A program made the position numbers and the translations under genes. From assembly GCA_964016885.1 (NCBI GenBank), contig OZ024741.1:36146001-36210000 (forward strand): a stretch of 64,000 nt of DNA, given 5' to 3'. Below the pieces are notes generated by a model. It saw nothing but the letters and a program-made list of their open reading frames with translations. It was not told the DNA's origin and searched no databases. This document shows, in pieces, positions 27,655 through 44,000 of the stretch. The stretch comes from Eledone cirrhosa. Taxonomy: Eukaryota. Numbering within the stretch: position 1 is the stretch's first letter; each line of letters starts with the position of its first letter.

Positions 27655-30600
27655 GACTCTTCACCCTATGGACTCTTCACCCTAAGCACTCTTCAGCCTA
27701 TGAACTCTTCAGTCTATGAACTCTTCAGCCTATGAACTGTTCACACTTAGAACTCTTCAGCCTATGAACTCTTCAGCCTATGAACTCTTCATCCTATGGA
27801 CTCTTCAGTCTATGGACTCTTCACTCTAAGAACTCTTCAGTCTATGGACTCTTCAGTCTATGGACTCTTTACTCTAGGAACTCTTCAGGCTATGAACTCT
27901 TCACTCTATGAACTCTTCTCCCTCAGAACTCTTCAGCCTATGAACTCTTCACCATGAAAATTCTTCAGCCTATCGACTCTTCACCCTAAGAACTCTTCAG
28001 CCTATGGACTCTTCAGCCTATTAACTCTTCAGCCTATGAAGTCTTCACCCTAAGAACTCTTCAGCTTATGGACTCTACAGCCTATGAACTCGTTAGCCTA
28101 TGAAATATTCACCCTAAGAACTCTTCAGCTTATGGACTCTTCAGCCTATGAACTCTTCAGCATATGGACTCTTCAGCCTATGAACTCTTCACGCTAAGAA
28201 TTCTTCAGCCTATGGGCTATTCTGCCTATGAACTCTTCACCCTTAGAACTCTTCAGGCTACTAACTCTTCACCCTAAGATCTCTTCGGCCTATGAACTCT
28301 TCACCCTAAGAACTCTTCAGCCTATGGCTCTTCAGCTTATGCACTCTTCAGACTTTGAACTTTTCAGCCTATGGACTCTTCAGCCTATGGACTCTTCACC
28401 CTAAGAACTCTTCAGCCTATGGACTCTTCAGCCTATGAACTCTTCAGCCTATGGACTCTTCAGCCTATGGACTCTTCACCCTAAGAACTCTTTAGCCTAT
28501 GGACTCTTCACCCTAAGCACTCTTCAGCCTATGAACTATTCAGTCTATGAACTCTTCAGCCTATGATCTGTTCACCCTTAGAAGTCTTCAGCCTATGAAC
28601 TCTTCAGCCTATGGTCTCTTCACCCTAAGAACTCTTCAGCCAATGAACTCTTCACACTAAGAACTCTTCAGCCTATGAACTCTTCAACCTATGGACTCTT
28701 CATTCTAAGAACTCTTCAGCCTATGGACTCTTCAGCCTATGAACTCTTCACCCTACGAACTCTTCAGCTTATGGACTCTTCAGCCTATGAACTCTTCAGC
28801 CTATTGTCTCTCCAGCCTATGGACTCTTCACGCTAAGTATTCTTCAGCCTATGGAGTATTCTGCCTATGAACTCTTCACCCTTAGAACTCTTCAGGCTAT
28901 TAAATCTTTAACCTAAGAACTCTTCAGCCTATGGATTCTTCAGCCTATGGACTCTTAAGCCTATGAACTCTTCACCCTAAGAACTCTTAAGCCTATGAAC
29001 TCTTCAACCTATGGACTCTTCAGCCTATGAACTCTTCACCCTTAGAACTCTTCAGCCTATGAACTCTTCACCCTAAGAACTCTTCAGCCTATAGTCTCTT
29101 GAGACTAAGGACTCTTCAGCCTATGGACTCTTCACCCTAAGAACCCTTCAGCCTGTGGACTGTTCAGCCTATGAACTGTTCAGCCTATGGACTCTTCACC
29201 CTATGGACTCTTCACCCTAAGAACTCTTCAGCCTATGGACTCTTCACCCTGAGCACTCTTCAGCCTATGAACTCTTCAGTCTATGAACTCTTCAGCCTAT
29301 GAACTGTTCACCCTTAGAACTCTTCAGCCTATGAACACTTCACCCTAAGAACTCTTCAGCCTATGGATTCTTCAACCTATGGACTCTTTAGCCTATGAAC
29401 TCTTCACCCTAAGAACTCTTCAGCCTATGAACTCTTCAGCCTATGAACTCTTCAGCCTATGGACTCTTCAGTGTATGGACTCTTCACTCTAAGAACTCTT
29501 CAGTCTATGTACTCTTCAGTCTATGGACTCTTCACTCTTAGAACTCTTCAGGCTATGAACTCTTCACTCTATGAACTCTTCTCCCTCAGAACTCTTCAGC
29601 CTATGAACTCTTCACCGTAAAATCTCTTCAGCCTATCGACTCTTCACCCTAAGAACTCTTCAGCCTATGGACTCTTCAGCCTATGAACTCTTCCGCCTAT
29701 GAACTCTTCACCCTAAGAACTCTTCAGCTTATGGACTCTTCAGCCTATGAACTCCTCAGCCTATGAAATATTCACCCTAAGAACTCTTCAGCTTATGGAC
29801 TCTTCAGCCTATGAACTCTTCAGCCTATGGACTCTTCAGCCTATGGACTCTTCGCGCTAAGAATTCTTCAGCCTATGGGCTATTCTGCCTATGAACTCTT
29901 CACCCTTAGAACTCTTCAGGCTACTAACTTTTCACCCTAAGAACTCTTCGGCCTATGAACTCTTCACCCTAAGAACTCTTCAGCCTATAGACTATTCAGC
30001 CTATGAACTCATCAGCCTATGAACTCTTCAGCCTATGGATTCTTCAGCCTATGAACTCTTCACCCTAAGAACTCTTGAGACTATGAACTCTTCCACCTAT
30101 GGATTATTCAGCCTATGGACTTTTCACCCTAAGCACTCTTCAGCCTATGGACTCTTCAACCTATATATTCTTCAGCCTATGGACACTTCAGCCTATGAAC
30201 TCTTCACACTAAGATCTCTTCACACTATGAACTCTTCAGCCTATGAACTCTTCAACCTATGGAATCTTCAGCCTATAGACTCTTCACACTAAGAACTCTT
30301 CAGCCTATGGAATCTTCACCCTAAGAACTCTTCAGTCTATGAACTCTTCAGTCTATGAACTCTTCAGCCTCTGAACTGTTCACCCTTAGAACTCTTCAGC
30401 CTATGAACTCTTCACTCTTAGAAATCTTCAGGCTATTATCTCTTCACCCAAGAACTCTTCAGCCTATGAACTGTTCACCCTAAGAACTCTTCAGCCTATG
30501 GACTCTTCACACTAAGAAGTCTTCAGCCTATGAACTGTTCACTCTTAGAACTCTTTAGCCTAGGAACTCTTCAGCCTATGGACTCTTCAGCCTATGAACT

Positions 30601-33600
30601 CTTCACCCTTAGAACTCTTAAGCCTATGAACTCTTCACACTAAGACCTCTTCAGCCTATGGTCTCTTCAGCCTATGAACTCTTCAACCTTAGAACTCTTC
30701 AGGCTATTAACTCTTCACACGAAGAACTGTTCTGCCTATTAACTTTTCACCCTAAGGACTCTTCAGCTTATGGATTCTTCAGCCTATGGACTCTTAAGCC
30801 TATGAACTCTTAACCCTAAAAACTTTTCAGCCTATGGCTCTTCAGCCTATGCACATTCAGCCTATGAACTTTTCAGCCTATGGACCCTTCAGCCTATGAA
30901 TTCTTCAGCCTATGGACTCTTCAGCCTATGGACTCTTCACCCTAAGAACTCTTCAGCCTATGGACTTTTGACCCTAAGCACTCTTCAGTCTATGAACTCT
31001 TCAGTCTATGATCTGTTCACACTTAGAACTCTTCAGCCTATGGTCTCTTCACCCTAAGTACTTTTCAGCCTATGAATTCTTCACCCTAAGAACTCTTCAG
31101 CCTATGGACTCTTCAGCCTATGAACACTTCACCCAAGAACTCTTCAGCCTATGAACTCTTCACCCTAAGAACTCTTTAGCCTATGGACTCTTCAGCCTAT
31201 TAACTCTTCAGCCTATGAACTCTCCACCATAAAAACTCTTAAGCCAATAGACTCTTCACACTAATTAATCTTCAGCCTATGGACTCTTCAGCCAATGACT
31301 TCTTCACCCTAAGAACTCTTCAGCTTATGGACTCTTAAGCCTATGAACTCTTCACCCTAAGAACTCTTAAGCCTATGAACTCTTCAGCCTATGAACTCTC
31401 CAGCCTATGGACTCCTCAGTCAATGTACTCTTCACCCTAAGAACTCTTCAGCCTATGAATTCTTCAACCTATGGACTCTTCAGCCTATGGACTCTTCACT
31501 CTAAGAATTCTTCAGGCTATTAACTCTTCACCCTAAGAACTCTTCGGCCAATGAACTCTTCACCCTAAGAACTCTTCAACCTATGGACTCTTCATTCTAA
31601 GAACTCTTCAGCCTATGGACCCTTCAGACTATGCACACTTCACCCTTAGAACTCTTCAGGCTATTAAGTCTTCAGCCTATGGACTCTTCAGCCAATGAAT
31701 TCTTCACCCTAAGAACTCTTCAGCCTATAAGCTCTTAGGCCTATGGACTCTTCAGCCTATGGACTTTTCACTCCAAGAACTCTTCAGCCTATGGACTCAA
31801 AAGCCTATGAACTCTTCAACCAATGGACTCTTTACCCTAAGAACTCTTCAGCCTATGAACTCTTCTGGCTATGAACTCTTCACTCTATGAACTCTTCACC
31901 CTAAAATCTCTTCAGCCTATGAACTCTTCACCATAAAAACTCTTCAGCCTATCGACTCTTCACCCTAAGAACTCTTCAGCCTATGGACTCTTCACCCTAT
32001 GAACTCTTCAGCCCACTAACTCTTCACCCTAAGAACTCTTCAGCTTATGGACTCTTCAGCCTATGAACTCGTCAGCCTAAGAACTCTTCAGCCTAAGAAC
32101 TCTTCCGCCTATGAACTCTTCACCCTAAGAACTCTTCAGCCTATTGACTCTTCAGCCTATGAACTCATCAGCCTATGAACTCCTCAGCCTATGGATTGTT
32201 CAGCCTATGAATTCTTCACCCTAAGAACTCTTTAGCCTATGAACTCTTCCACCTATGAATTCTTCAGCCTATGGACTCTTCATCCTAAGCTCTCTTCAGC
32301 CTATGGACTCTTCAACCTATATATTCTTCAGCCTATGGACACTTCAGCCTATGAACTCTTCACACTAAGAACTCTTCACACTATGAACTCTTCAGCCTAT
32401 GAACTCTTCAACCTATGGAATCTTCAGCCTATGGACTCTTCACACTAAGAACTCTTCAGCCTATGGACTCTTCACCCTAAGAACTCTTCAGTCTATGAAC
32501 TCTTCAGTCTATGAACTCTTCAGCCTATGAACTGTTCACCCTTAGAACTCTTCAGCCTATGAACTCTTCACTCTTAGAACTCTTCAGGCTAATATCTCTT
32601 CACCCAAGAACTCTTCAGCCTATGAATTGATCACCCTAAGAACTCTTCAGCCTATGGACTCTTTAGCCTATGAACTCTTCACCCTAAGTACTCTTAAGCC
32701 TATGAACTCTTCAGCCTATGGACTCCTCAGCCAATGAACTATTCACCCTAAGAACTCTTCAGCCTATGAACTCTTCAACCTATGGACTCTTCAGCCTATG
32801 GACTCTTCACCCTAAGTACTCTTCAGCCTATGGACTCATCAGCCTATGAACTCTTCACCCTAATAACTCTTAAGCCTATGAACTCTTCAGCCTATGAACT
32901 CTTCAGCCTATGGACTCTTCAGCCTATGAGCTATTCACCCTAAGAACTCTTCAGTCTATGAACTCTTCCACCTAAGGACTCTTAAGCCTATGGACTCTTC
33001 ACCCTAAGAACTCTTCAGCCTATGAATTCTTCAACCTATAGACCCTTCAGCGTATGGACTCTTCACTCTAAGAATTCTTCAGGCTATTAACTCTTCACCC
33101 TAAGAACTCTTCGGCCTATGAACTCTTCACCCTAAGAACTCTTCAACCTATGGACTCTTCAGCCTATGGACTCTTCATTCTAAGAACTCTTCAGCCTATG
33201 GAATCTTCAGACTATGCACTCTTCACCCTTAGAACTCTTCAGGCTATTAAGTCTTCAGCCTATGGACTCTTCAGCCAATGAATTCTTCACCCTAAGAACT
33301 CTTCAGCCTAAAAAATCTTAGACCTATGGACTCAAGAGCCTATGAACTCTTCACCCAATGGACTCTTTACCCTAAGAACTCTTCAGCCTATGAACTATTC
33401 TGGCTATGAACTCTTCACTCTATGAACTCTTCACCCTAAAAACTCTTCAGCCTATGAACTCTTCCCCATAAAAACTGTTCAGCTTATGGACTCTTCACCC
33501 TACGAACTCTTCAGCCTATGGACTTTTCAGTCTATGAACTCTTCAGCCTATGGACTCTACAGCCTGTGGACACTTCAGCCTATGAACTCTTCACACTAAG

Positions 33601-35097
33601 AACTCTTCAGCCTATGAACTCTTCAGCCTATGAAGTCTTCAGCCTATGAACTCTTCCACCAAAGGACACTTCAGCCTATGGACTCTTCACCCTAAGCACT
33701 CTTCAGCCTATGGACTCTTCAGCCTATGAACTCTTCTGCCTATGGACTCTTAGGCCTATGGACTCTTCAGCCTATGAACTCTTTACCCTAAGAACTCTTC
33801 AGCCTGTGAACTCTTCGTCCTAAGAATTCTTCAGTATATGGGCTCTTCACCCGAAGAACTATTCAGCCTATGGACTCTTCAGCCTATGAACTCTTCACCC
33901 TAAGAACTCTTCAGCCTATAGTCTCTTCAGACTATGGACTCTTCAGCCTATCAACCTTTGAGCCTATGGACTCTTCAGCCTATGGACTCTTCACCCTAAG
34001 AACCCTTCAGCCTATGGACTCTTCAGCCTATGAACTCTTCAGCCTATGGACTCTTCACCCTATGGACTTTTCACCCTAAGAAGTCTTCAGCCTATGAACT
34101 CTTCAGATTATGAACTGATCAGCCTATGGACGCTTCGGTCTATGGACTCTTCACTCTAAGAACTCTTCAGTCTATGGACTCTTCAGTCTATGGACTCTTC
34201 AGCCTAGGACCTCTTTACCCTAAGAACTCTTCAGCCTATGAACTCTTCAACCTATGGACTCTTCAGCCTATGAACTCTTCACCCTTAGAACTCTTCAGCC
34301 TATGAACTCTTCACCCTAAGAACTCTTCAGCCTATAGTCTCTTGAGACTAAGGACTCTTCAGCCTATGGACTCTTCACCCTAAGAACCCTTCAGCCTGTG
34401 GACTGTTCAGCCTATGAACTGTTCAGCCTATGGACTCTTCACCCTATGGACTCTTCACCCTAACAACTCTTCAGCCTATGGACCCTTCACCCTGAGCACT
34501 CTTCAGCCTATGAACTCTTCAGTCTATGAACTCTTCAGCCTATGAACTGTTCACCCTTAGAACTCTTCAGCCTATGAACTCTTCACCCTAAGAACTCTTC
34601 AGCCTATGGATTCTTCAACCTATGGACTCTTTAGCCTATGAACTCTTCACCCTAAGAACTCTTCAGCCTATGAACTCTTCAGCCTATGAACTCTTCAGCC
34701 TATGGACTCTTCAGTGTATGGACTCTTCACTCTAAGAACTCTTCAGTCTATGTACTCTTCAGTCTATGGACTCTTCACTCTAAGAACTCTTCAGGCTATG
34801 AACTCTTCACTCTATGAACTCTTCTCCCTCAGAACTCTTCAGCCTATGAAATCTTCACCGTAAAATCTCTTCAGCCTATCGACTCTTCACCCTAAGAACT
34901 CTTCAGCCTATGGACTCTTCAGCCTATGAACTCTTCCGCCTATGAACTCTTCACCCTAAGAACTCTTCAGCTTATGGACTCTTCAGCCTATGAACTCCTC
35001 AGCCTATGAAATATTCACCCTAAGAACTCTTCAGCTTATGGACTCTTCAGCCTATGAACTCTTCAGCCTTTGGACTCTTCAGCCTATGGAGTCTTCG

Positions 35098-38000
35098 CGC
35101 TAAGAATTCTTCAGCCTATGGGCTATTCTGCCTATGAACTCTTCACCCTTAGAACTCTTCGGGCTACTAACTTTTCACCCTAAGAACTCTTCGGCCTATG
35201 AACTCTTCACCCTAAGAACTCTTCAGCCTATAGACTATTCAGCCTATGAACTCATCAGCCTATGAACTCTTCAGCCTATGGATTCTTCAGCCTATGAACT
35301 CTTCACCCTAAGAACTCTTGAGACTATGAACTCTTCCACCTATGGATTCTTCAGCCTATGGACTTTTCACCCTAAGCACTCTTCAGCCTATGGACTCTTC
35401 AACCTATATATTCTTCAGCCTATGGACACTTCAGCCTATGAACTCTTCACACTAAGATCTCTTCACACTATGAACTCTTCAGCCTATGAACTCTTCAACC
35501 TATGGAATCTTCAGCCTAAGAACTCTTCAGTCTATGAACTCTTCAGTCTATGAACTCTTCAGCCTATGAACTGTTCACCCTTAGAACTCTTCAGCCTATG
35601 AACTCTTCACTCTTAGAAATCTTCAGGCCATTATCTCTTCACCCAAGAACTCTTCAGCCTATGAACTGTTCACCCTAAGAACTCTTCAGCCTATGGACTC
35701 TTCACACTAAGAAGTCTTCAGCCTATGAACTGTTCACTCTTAGAACTCTTTAGCCTAGGAACTCTTCAGCCTATGGACTCTTCAGCCTATGAACTCTTCA
35801 CCCTTAGAACTCTTAAGCCTATGAACTCTTCACACTAAGAACTCTTCAGCCTATGGTCTCTTCAGCCTATGAACTCTTCAACCTTAGAACTCTTCAGGCT
35901 ATTAACTCTTCACACTAAGAACTGTTCTGCCTATTAACTTTTCACCCTAAGAACTCTTCAGCCTATGGATTCTTCAGCCTATGGACTCTTAAGCCTATGA
36001 ACTCTTCACCCTAAAAACTCTTCAGCCTATGGCTCTTCAGCCTATGCACATTCAGCCTATGAACTTTTCAGCCTATGGACTCTTCAGCCTATGAATTCTT
36101 CAGCCTATGGACTTTTCACCCTACGCACTCTTCAGCCTATGAACTATTCAGTCTATGAACTCTTCCGTCTATGATCTGTTCACACTTAGAACTCTTCAGC
36201 CTATGGTCTCTTCACCCTAAGAACTTTTCAGCCTATGAATTCTTCACCCTAAGAACTCTTCAGCCTATGGACTCTTCAGCCTATGAACACTTCACCCAAG
36301 AACTCTTCAGCCTATGAACTCTTCACCCTAAGAACTCTTCAGTCTATGGACTCTTCAGCCTATTAACTCTTCAGCCAATGAACTATCCACCATAAAAACT
36401 CTTCAGCCTATGGACTCTTCAACCTATATATTCTTCAGCCTATGGACACTTCAGCCTATGAACTCTTCACACTAAGAACTCTTCACCCTAAGAACTCTTC
36501 AGCCTATGGACTCTTCACCCTAAGAACTCTTCAGTCTATGAACTCTTCAGTCTATGAACTCTTCAGCCTATGAACTGTTCACCCTTAGAACTCTTCAGCC
36601 TATGAACTCTTCAGCCTATGGACTCTTTAGCCTATGGACTCTTCACGCTAAGAATTCTTAAGCCTATGGACTATTCTGCCTATGAACTCTTCACACTTAG
36701 AACTCTTCAGGCTATTAACTCTTCACCCTATGAACTGTTCACCCTTAGAACTCTTCAGCCTATGAACTCTTTACCCTTAGGACTCTTCAGGCTTTTATCT
36801 CTTCACCCAAGAACTCTTCAGCCTATGAACTCTTCACCCTAAGAACTCTTCAGCCTATGGACACTTCAGCCTATGAACTCTTCACACTAAGAACTCTTCA
36901 GCCTATGAACTCTTCAGCCTATGAACTCTTCACCCTTAGAATTCTTCAGGCTATTATCTCTTCACCCAAGAACTCTTCAGCCTTTGAACTCTTCACCCTA
37001 AGAACTCTTCAGCCTATGGACTCTTAAGCCTATAGACTCTTCACCCTAAGAAGTCTTCAGCCTATGAACTGTTCACTCTTAGTAATCTTTAGCCTAAGAA
37101 CTGTTCAGCCTATGGACACTTCAGCCTATGATCTCTTCACTCTTAGAACTCTTCAGCCTATGAACACTTCACACTATGAACTCTTCAGCCTATGGACTCT
37201 TCAGCCTATGAACTCTTCACCCTTAGAACTCTTCAGGCTATTAACTCTTCACACTAAGAACACTTCAGCCTATGAACTCTTCACCCTAAGAACTCTTCAG
37301 CCTATGAACTCTTCAGCCTATGAACTCTTCAGCCTGTGGACTTTTCAGTCTATGAACTCTTCACCCTAAGAACTCTTCAGCCTATGAACTCTTCCACCTA
37401 TGGTCTATAAAGCCTATGGACTCTTCTGCCTAAGCACTCTTCAGCCTATGAACTCTTTATTCTAAGAACTCTTCAGCCTGTGAACTCTTCGCCCTAAGAA
37501 TTCTTCAGCCTGTGGGCTCTTCACCCGAAGAACTATGCAGCCTATGGACTCTTCAGCCTATGAACTCCTCAACCTATGGACTCTTCAGCCTATGAACTCT
37601 TCACCCTTAAAACTCTTCAGCCTATGAACTCTTCGCCCTAAGAACTCTTCAGCCTATGGACTCTTCAGCCAATGGACTCTTCAGCCTATGAACTCTTCAC
37701 CCTTAGAACTCTTCAGGCTATTAAGTCTTCACCCTAAGATCTCATCAGACTATGAACTCTTCAGCCTAAGAACAATTCAGCCTATTTATTCTTCAGCCTA
37801 TGGACTTTGAAGCCTATGAATTCATCACCCTAAGAACTCTTCAGCCTATGAACTCTTCAGCCTATGAACTCTTCAGCCTATGGACTCTTCAGCCAATGAA
37901 CTCTTCACCCTAAGAACTCTTAAGCCTATGAACTCTTCAACCTATGGACTCTTCAGTCTTTGGACTCTTCATCTTATGAACTCTTTACCCTAAGAACTCT

Positions 38001-41000
38001 TCAGCCTGTGAACTCTTTCCCTAAGAACTCTTCAGCCTATGGACTCTACAGCCTGTGGATTTTTCAGCCTATGGACTCTTGAGCCTATAGAATCTTCAGC
38101 CTATGGACACTTCAGCCTATGAACTCTTCACACTAAGAACTCTTCAGCCTATGAACCCTTCAGCCTATGAACTCTTCAGCCTATGAACTCTTCCACCAAA
38201 GGACTCTTCAGCCTATGGACTATACACCCTAAGCACTCTTCAGCCTATGGACTCTTCAGCCTATGAACTCTTCTGCCTATGGACTCTTCAGCCTATGGAC
38301 TCTTCAGCCTATGAACTCTTTACCCTAAGAACTCTTCAGCCTGTGAACTCTTCGTCCTAAGAATTCTTCAGGATATGGGCTCTTCACCCGAAGAACTATT
38401 CAGCCTATGGACTCTTCAGCCTATGAACTCTTCACCCTTAGAACTCTTCAGCCTATGAATTCTTCACCCTAAGAACTCTTCAGCCTATAGTCTCTTCAGA
38501 ATATGGACTCTTCAGCCTATCAACTTTTGAGCCTATGGACTCTTCAGCCTATGGACTCTTCACCCTAAGAACCCTTCAGCCTATGGACTCTTCAGCCTAC
38601 GAACTCTTCAGCCTATGGACTCTTCACCCTATGGACTCTTCACCATAAGAACTCTTCAGCCTATGGACTCTTCAGTCTATGAATTCTTCAGCCTATGAAC
38701 TGTTCACCCTTAGAACTCTTCAGCCTATGAACTCTTCACCCTAAGAACTCTTCAGCCTATGTATTCTTCAACCTATGGACTCTTTAGCCTATGCACTCTT
38801 CACCCTAAGAACTCTTCAGCCTATGAACTCTTCAGCCTATGAACTGATCAGCCTATTGACTCTTCAGTCTATGGACTCTTCACTCTAAGAACTCTTCAGT
38901 CAATGGACTCTTCAGTCTATGGACTCTTCAGCCTAGGAACTCTTTACCCTAAGAACTCTTCAGCCTATGAACTCTTCAACCTATGGACTCTTCAGCCTAT
39001 GGACTCTTCACCCTTAGAACTCTTCAGCCTATGAACTCTTCACCCTAAGAACTCTTCAGCCTATAGTCTCTTGAAACTATGGACTCTTCGGCCTATGAAA
39101 TTTTCAGCCTATGGACTCTTCAGCCTATGGACTCTTCACCCTAAGAACCCTTCAGCCTGTGGACTCTTCAGCCTATGAACTCTTCAGCCTATGGACTCTT
39201 CACCCTATGGACTCTTCACCCTAAGAACTCTTCAGGCTATGGACTCTTCACCCTAAGCACTCTTCAGCCTATGAACTCTTCAATCTATGAACTCTTCAGC
39301 CTATGAACTGTTCACCCTTAGAACTCTTCAGCCTATGAACTCTTCACCCTAAGAACTTTTTCAGCCTATGGATTCTTCAACCTATGGACTCTTTAGCCTA
39401 TGAACTCTTCACCCTAAGAACTCTTCAGCCTATGAACTCTTCAGCCTATGAACTCTTCAGCCTATGGACTCTTCAGTCTATGGACTCTTCACTCTAAGAA
39501 CTCTTCAGTCTATGGACTCTTCAGTCTATGGACTCTTCACTCTAAGAACTCTTCAGGCTATGAACTCTTCACTCTATGAACTCTTCTCCCTCAGAACTTT
39601 TCAGCCTATGTACTCTTCACCGTAAAATCTCTTCAGCCTATCGACTCTTCTCCCTAAGAACTCTTCCGCCTATGGACTCTTCAGCCTATGAACTCTTCCG
39701 CCAATGAACTCTTCATCCTAAGAACTCTTCAGCTTATGGACTCTTCAGCCTATGAACTCCTCAGCCTATGAAATATTCACGCTAAGAACTCTTCAGCTTA
39801 TGGACTCTTCAGCCTATGAACTCTTCAGCCTATGGCCTCTTCAGCCTATGGACTCTTCGCGCTAAGAATTCTTCAGCCTATGGGCTATTCTGCCTATGAA
39901 CTCTTCACCCTTAGAACTCTTCAGGCTACTAACTCTTCACCCTAAGAACTCTTCGGCCTATGAACTCTTCACCCTAAGAACTCTTCAGCCTATAGACTCT
40001 TCAGCCTATGAACTCATCAGCCAATGAACTCTTCAGCCTATGGATTCTTCAGCCTATGAACTCTTCACACTAAGAACTCTTGAGACTATGAACTCTTCCA
40101 CCTATGCTTTCTTCAGCCTATGGACTCTTCACCCTAAGCACTCTTCAGCCTATGGACACTTCAACCTATATATTCTTCAGCCTATGGACACTTCAGCCTA
40201 TGAACTCTTCACACTAAGAACTCTTCACACTATGAACTCTTCAGCCTATGAACTCTTCAACCTATGGAATCTTCAGCCTATGGACTCTTCACACTAAGAA
40301 CTCTTCAGCCTATGGACTCTTCACCCTAAGAACTCTTCAGTCTATGAACTCTTCAGTCTATGAACTCTTCAGCCTATGAACTGTTCACCCTTAGAACTCT
40401 TCAGCCTATGAACTCTTCACACTAAGAACTCTTCACCCAAGAACTCTTCAGCCTATGAACTGTTCACCCTAAGAACTCTTCAGCCTATGGACTCTTCACA
40501 CTAAGAAGTCTTCAGCCTATGAACTGTTCACTCTTAGAACTCTTTAGCCTAGGAACTCTTCAGCCTATGGACTCTTCAGCCTATGAACTCTTCACCCTTA
40601 GAACTCTTAAGCCTATGAAATCTTCACACTAAGAACTCTTCAGCCTATGGTCTCTTCAGCCTATGAACTCTTCAACCTTAGAACTCTTCAGGCTATTAAC
40701 TCTTCACACTAAGAACTGTTCTGCCTATTAACTTTTCACCCTAAGAACTCTTCAGCCTATGGATTCTTCAGCCTATGGACTCTTAAGCCTATGAACTCTT
40801 CACCCTAAAAACTCTTCAGCCTATGGCTCTTCAGCCTATGCACTCTTCACCCTAAGAACTCTTCAGCCTATGGACTCTTCAGCCTATGAATTTTTCAGCC
40901 ATGGACTCTTCAGCCTATGGACTCTTCACCCTAAGAACTCTTCAGCCTATGGACTCTTCACCCTAAGCATTCTTCAGCCTATGAACTATTCAGGCTATGA

Positions 41001-44000
41001 ACTCTTCAGTCTATGATCTGTTCACACTTAGAACTCTTTAGCCTATGAACTCTTCAGCCTATGGTCTCTTCACCCTAAGAACTTTTCAGCCTATGAACTC
41101 TTCACCCTAAGAGCTCTTCAGCCTATGGATTCTTCAGCCTATGAACTCTTCACCCAAGAACTCTTCAGCCTATGAACTCTTCACCCTAAGAACTCTTCAG
41201 CCTTTGGACTCTTCAGCCTATTAACTCTTCAGCCTATGAACTCTCCACCATAAAAACTCATCAGACTATAGACTCTTCACACTAATTAATCTTCAGCCTA
41301 TGGACTCTTCAGCCTATGAAATCTTCAGCCAATGAATTCTTCACTCTAAGAACTCTTCAGCTTATGGACTCTTCAGCCTATGAAATCTTCAGCCTATGGA
41401 CTCTTCAGCCTATCGACTCTTCACACTAAGAACTATTCAGCCTATGGACTCTTCACCCTAAGAACTCTTCAGTCTATGAACGCTTCATTCTATGAACTCT
41501 TCAGCCTATGAACTGTTCACCCTTAGAACTCTTCAGCCTATGAACTCTTCAACCTTAGGACTCTTAAGGTTATTATCTCTTCACCCAAGAACTCTTCAGC
41601 CTATGAACTCTTCACCCTAAGAACTCTTCAACCTATGGACACTTCAGCCTATGAACTCTTCAGACTAAGAACTCTTCAGCCTATGAACTCTTCAGCCTAT
41701 TAACTCTTCACCCTAAGAACTCTTCAGCCTATGGACTCTTCAGCCTATGAATTCTTCAGCCTATGGACTCATCAGCCTATGGACTCTTCACGCTAAGAAT
41801 TCTTCAGCCTATGGAGTATTCTGCCTATGAACTCTTCACCCTTAGAACTTTTCAGGCTATTAACTCTTCACCCAATGAACTCTTCACCCTAAGAACTCTT
41901 CAGCCTATGAACTCTTCAACCTATGGACACTTCAGACAATAGACTCTTTATTCTAAGAACTCTTCAGCCTATGGACTCTTAAGCCTATGAATTCTTCACC
42001 TTAAGAACTCTTAAGCCTATGAACTCTTCAGCCTATGAACTCTTCAGCCTATGGACTCTTCAGTCTTTGGACTCTTCACGCTAAGAATTCTTCAGCCTAT
42101 GGGCTATTCTGCCTATGAACTCTTCACCCTTAGAACTCTTCGGGCTACTAACTTTTCACCCTAAGAACTCTTCGGCCTATGAACTCTTCACCCTAAGAAC
42201 TCTTCAGCCTATAGACTATTCAGCCTATGAACTCATCAGCCTATGAACTCTTCAGCCTATGGATTCTTCAGCCTATGAACTCTTCACCCTAAGAACTCTT
42301 GAGACTATGAACTCTTCCACCTATGGATTCTTCAGCCTATGGACTTTTCACCCTAAGCACTCTTCAGCCTATGGACTCTTCAACCTATATATTCTTCAGC
42401 CTATGGACACTTCAGCCTATGAACTCTTCACACTAAGATCTCTTCACACTATGAACTCTTCAGCCTATGAACTCTTCAACCTATGGAATCTTCAGCCTAA
42501 GAACTCTTCAGTCTATGAACTCTTCAGTCTATGAACTCTTCAGCCTATGAACTGTTCACCCTTAGAACTCTTCAGCCTATGAACTCTTCACTCTTAGAAA
42601 TCTTCAGGCCATTATCTCTTCACCCAAGAACTCTTCAGCCTATGAACTGTTCACCCTAAGAACTCTTCAGCCTATGGACTCTTCACACTAAGAAGTCTTC
42701 AGCCTATGAACTGTTCACTCTTAGAACTCTTTAGCCTAGGAACTCTTCAGCCTATGGACTCTTCAGCCTATGAACTCTTCACCCTTAGAACTCTTAAGCC
42801 TATGAACTCTTCACACTAAGAACTCTTCAGCCTATGGTCTCTTCAGCCTATGAACTCTTCAACCTTAGAACTCTTCAGGCTATTAACTCTTCACACTAAG
42901 AACTGTTCTGCCTATTAACTTTTCACCCTAAGAACTCTTCAGCCTATGGATTCTTCAGCCTATGGACTCTTAAGCCTATGAACTCTTCACCCTAAAAACT
43001 CTTCAGCCTATGGCTCTTCAGCCTATGCACATTCAGCCTATGAACTTTTCAGCCTATGGACTCTTCAGCCTATGAATTCTTCAGCCTATGGACTTTTCAC
43101 CCTACGCACTCTTCAGCCTATGAACTATTCAGTCTATGAACTCTTCCGTCTATGATCTGTTCACACTTAGAACTCTTCAGCCTATGGTCTCTTCACCCTA
43201 AGAACTTTTCAGCCTATGAATTCTTCACCCTAAGAACTCTTCAGCCTATGGACTCTTCAGCCTATGAACACTTCACCCAAGAACTCTTCAGCCTATGAAC
43301 TCTTCACCCTAAGAACTCTTCAGTCTATGGACTCTTCAGCCTATTAACTCTTCAGCCAATGAACTCTCCACCATAAAAACTCTTCAGCCTATGGACTCTT
43401 CAACCTATATATTCTTCAGCCTATGGACACTTCAGCCTATGAACTCTTCACACTAAGAACTCTTCACCCTAAGAACTCTTCAGCCTATGGACTCTTCACC
43501 CTAAGAACTCTTCAGTCTATGAACTCTTCAGTCTATGAACTCTTCAGCCTATGAACTGTTCACCCTTAGAACTCTTCAGCCTATGAACTCTTCAGCCTAT
43601 GGACTCTTTAGCCTATGGACTCTTCACGCTAAGAATTCTTAAGCCTATGGACTATTCTGCCTATGAACTCTTCACCCTTAGAACTCTTCAGGCTATTAAC
43701 TCTTCACCCTATGAACTGTTCACCCTTAGAACTCTTCAGCCTATGAACTCTTTACCCTTAGGACTCTTCAGGCTTTTATCTCTTCACCCAAGAACTCTTC
43801 AGTCTATGAACTCTTCAGTCTATGAACTCTTCAGCCTATGAACTGTTCACCCTTAGAACTCTTCAGCCTATGAACTCTTCAGCCTATGGACTCTTCAGTC
43901 TTTGGACTCTTCACGCTAAGAATTCTTCAGCCTATGGACTATTCTGCCTATGAACTCTTCACACTTAGAACTCTTCTGGCTATTAACTCTTCACCCTAAG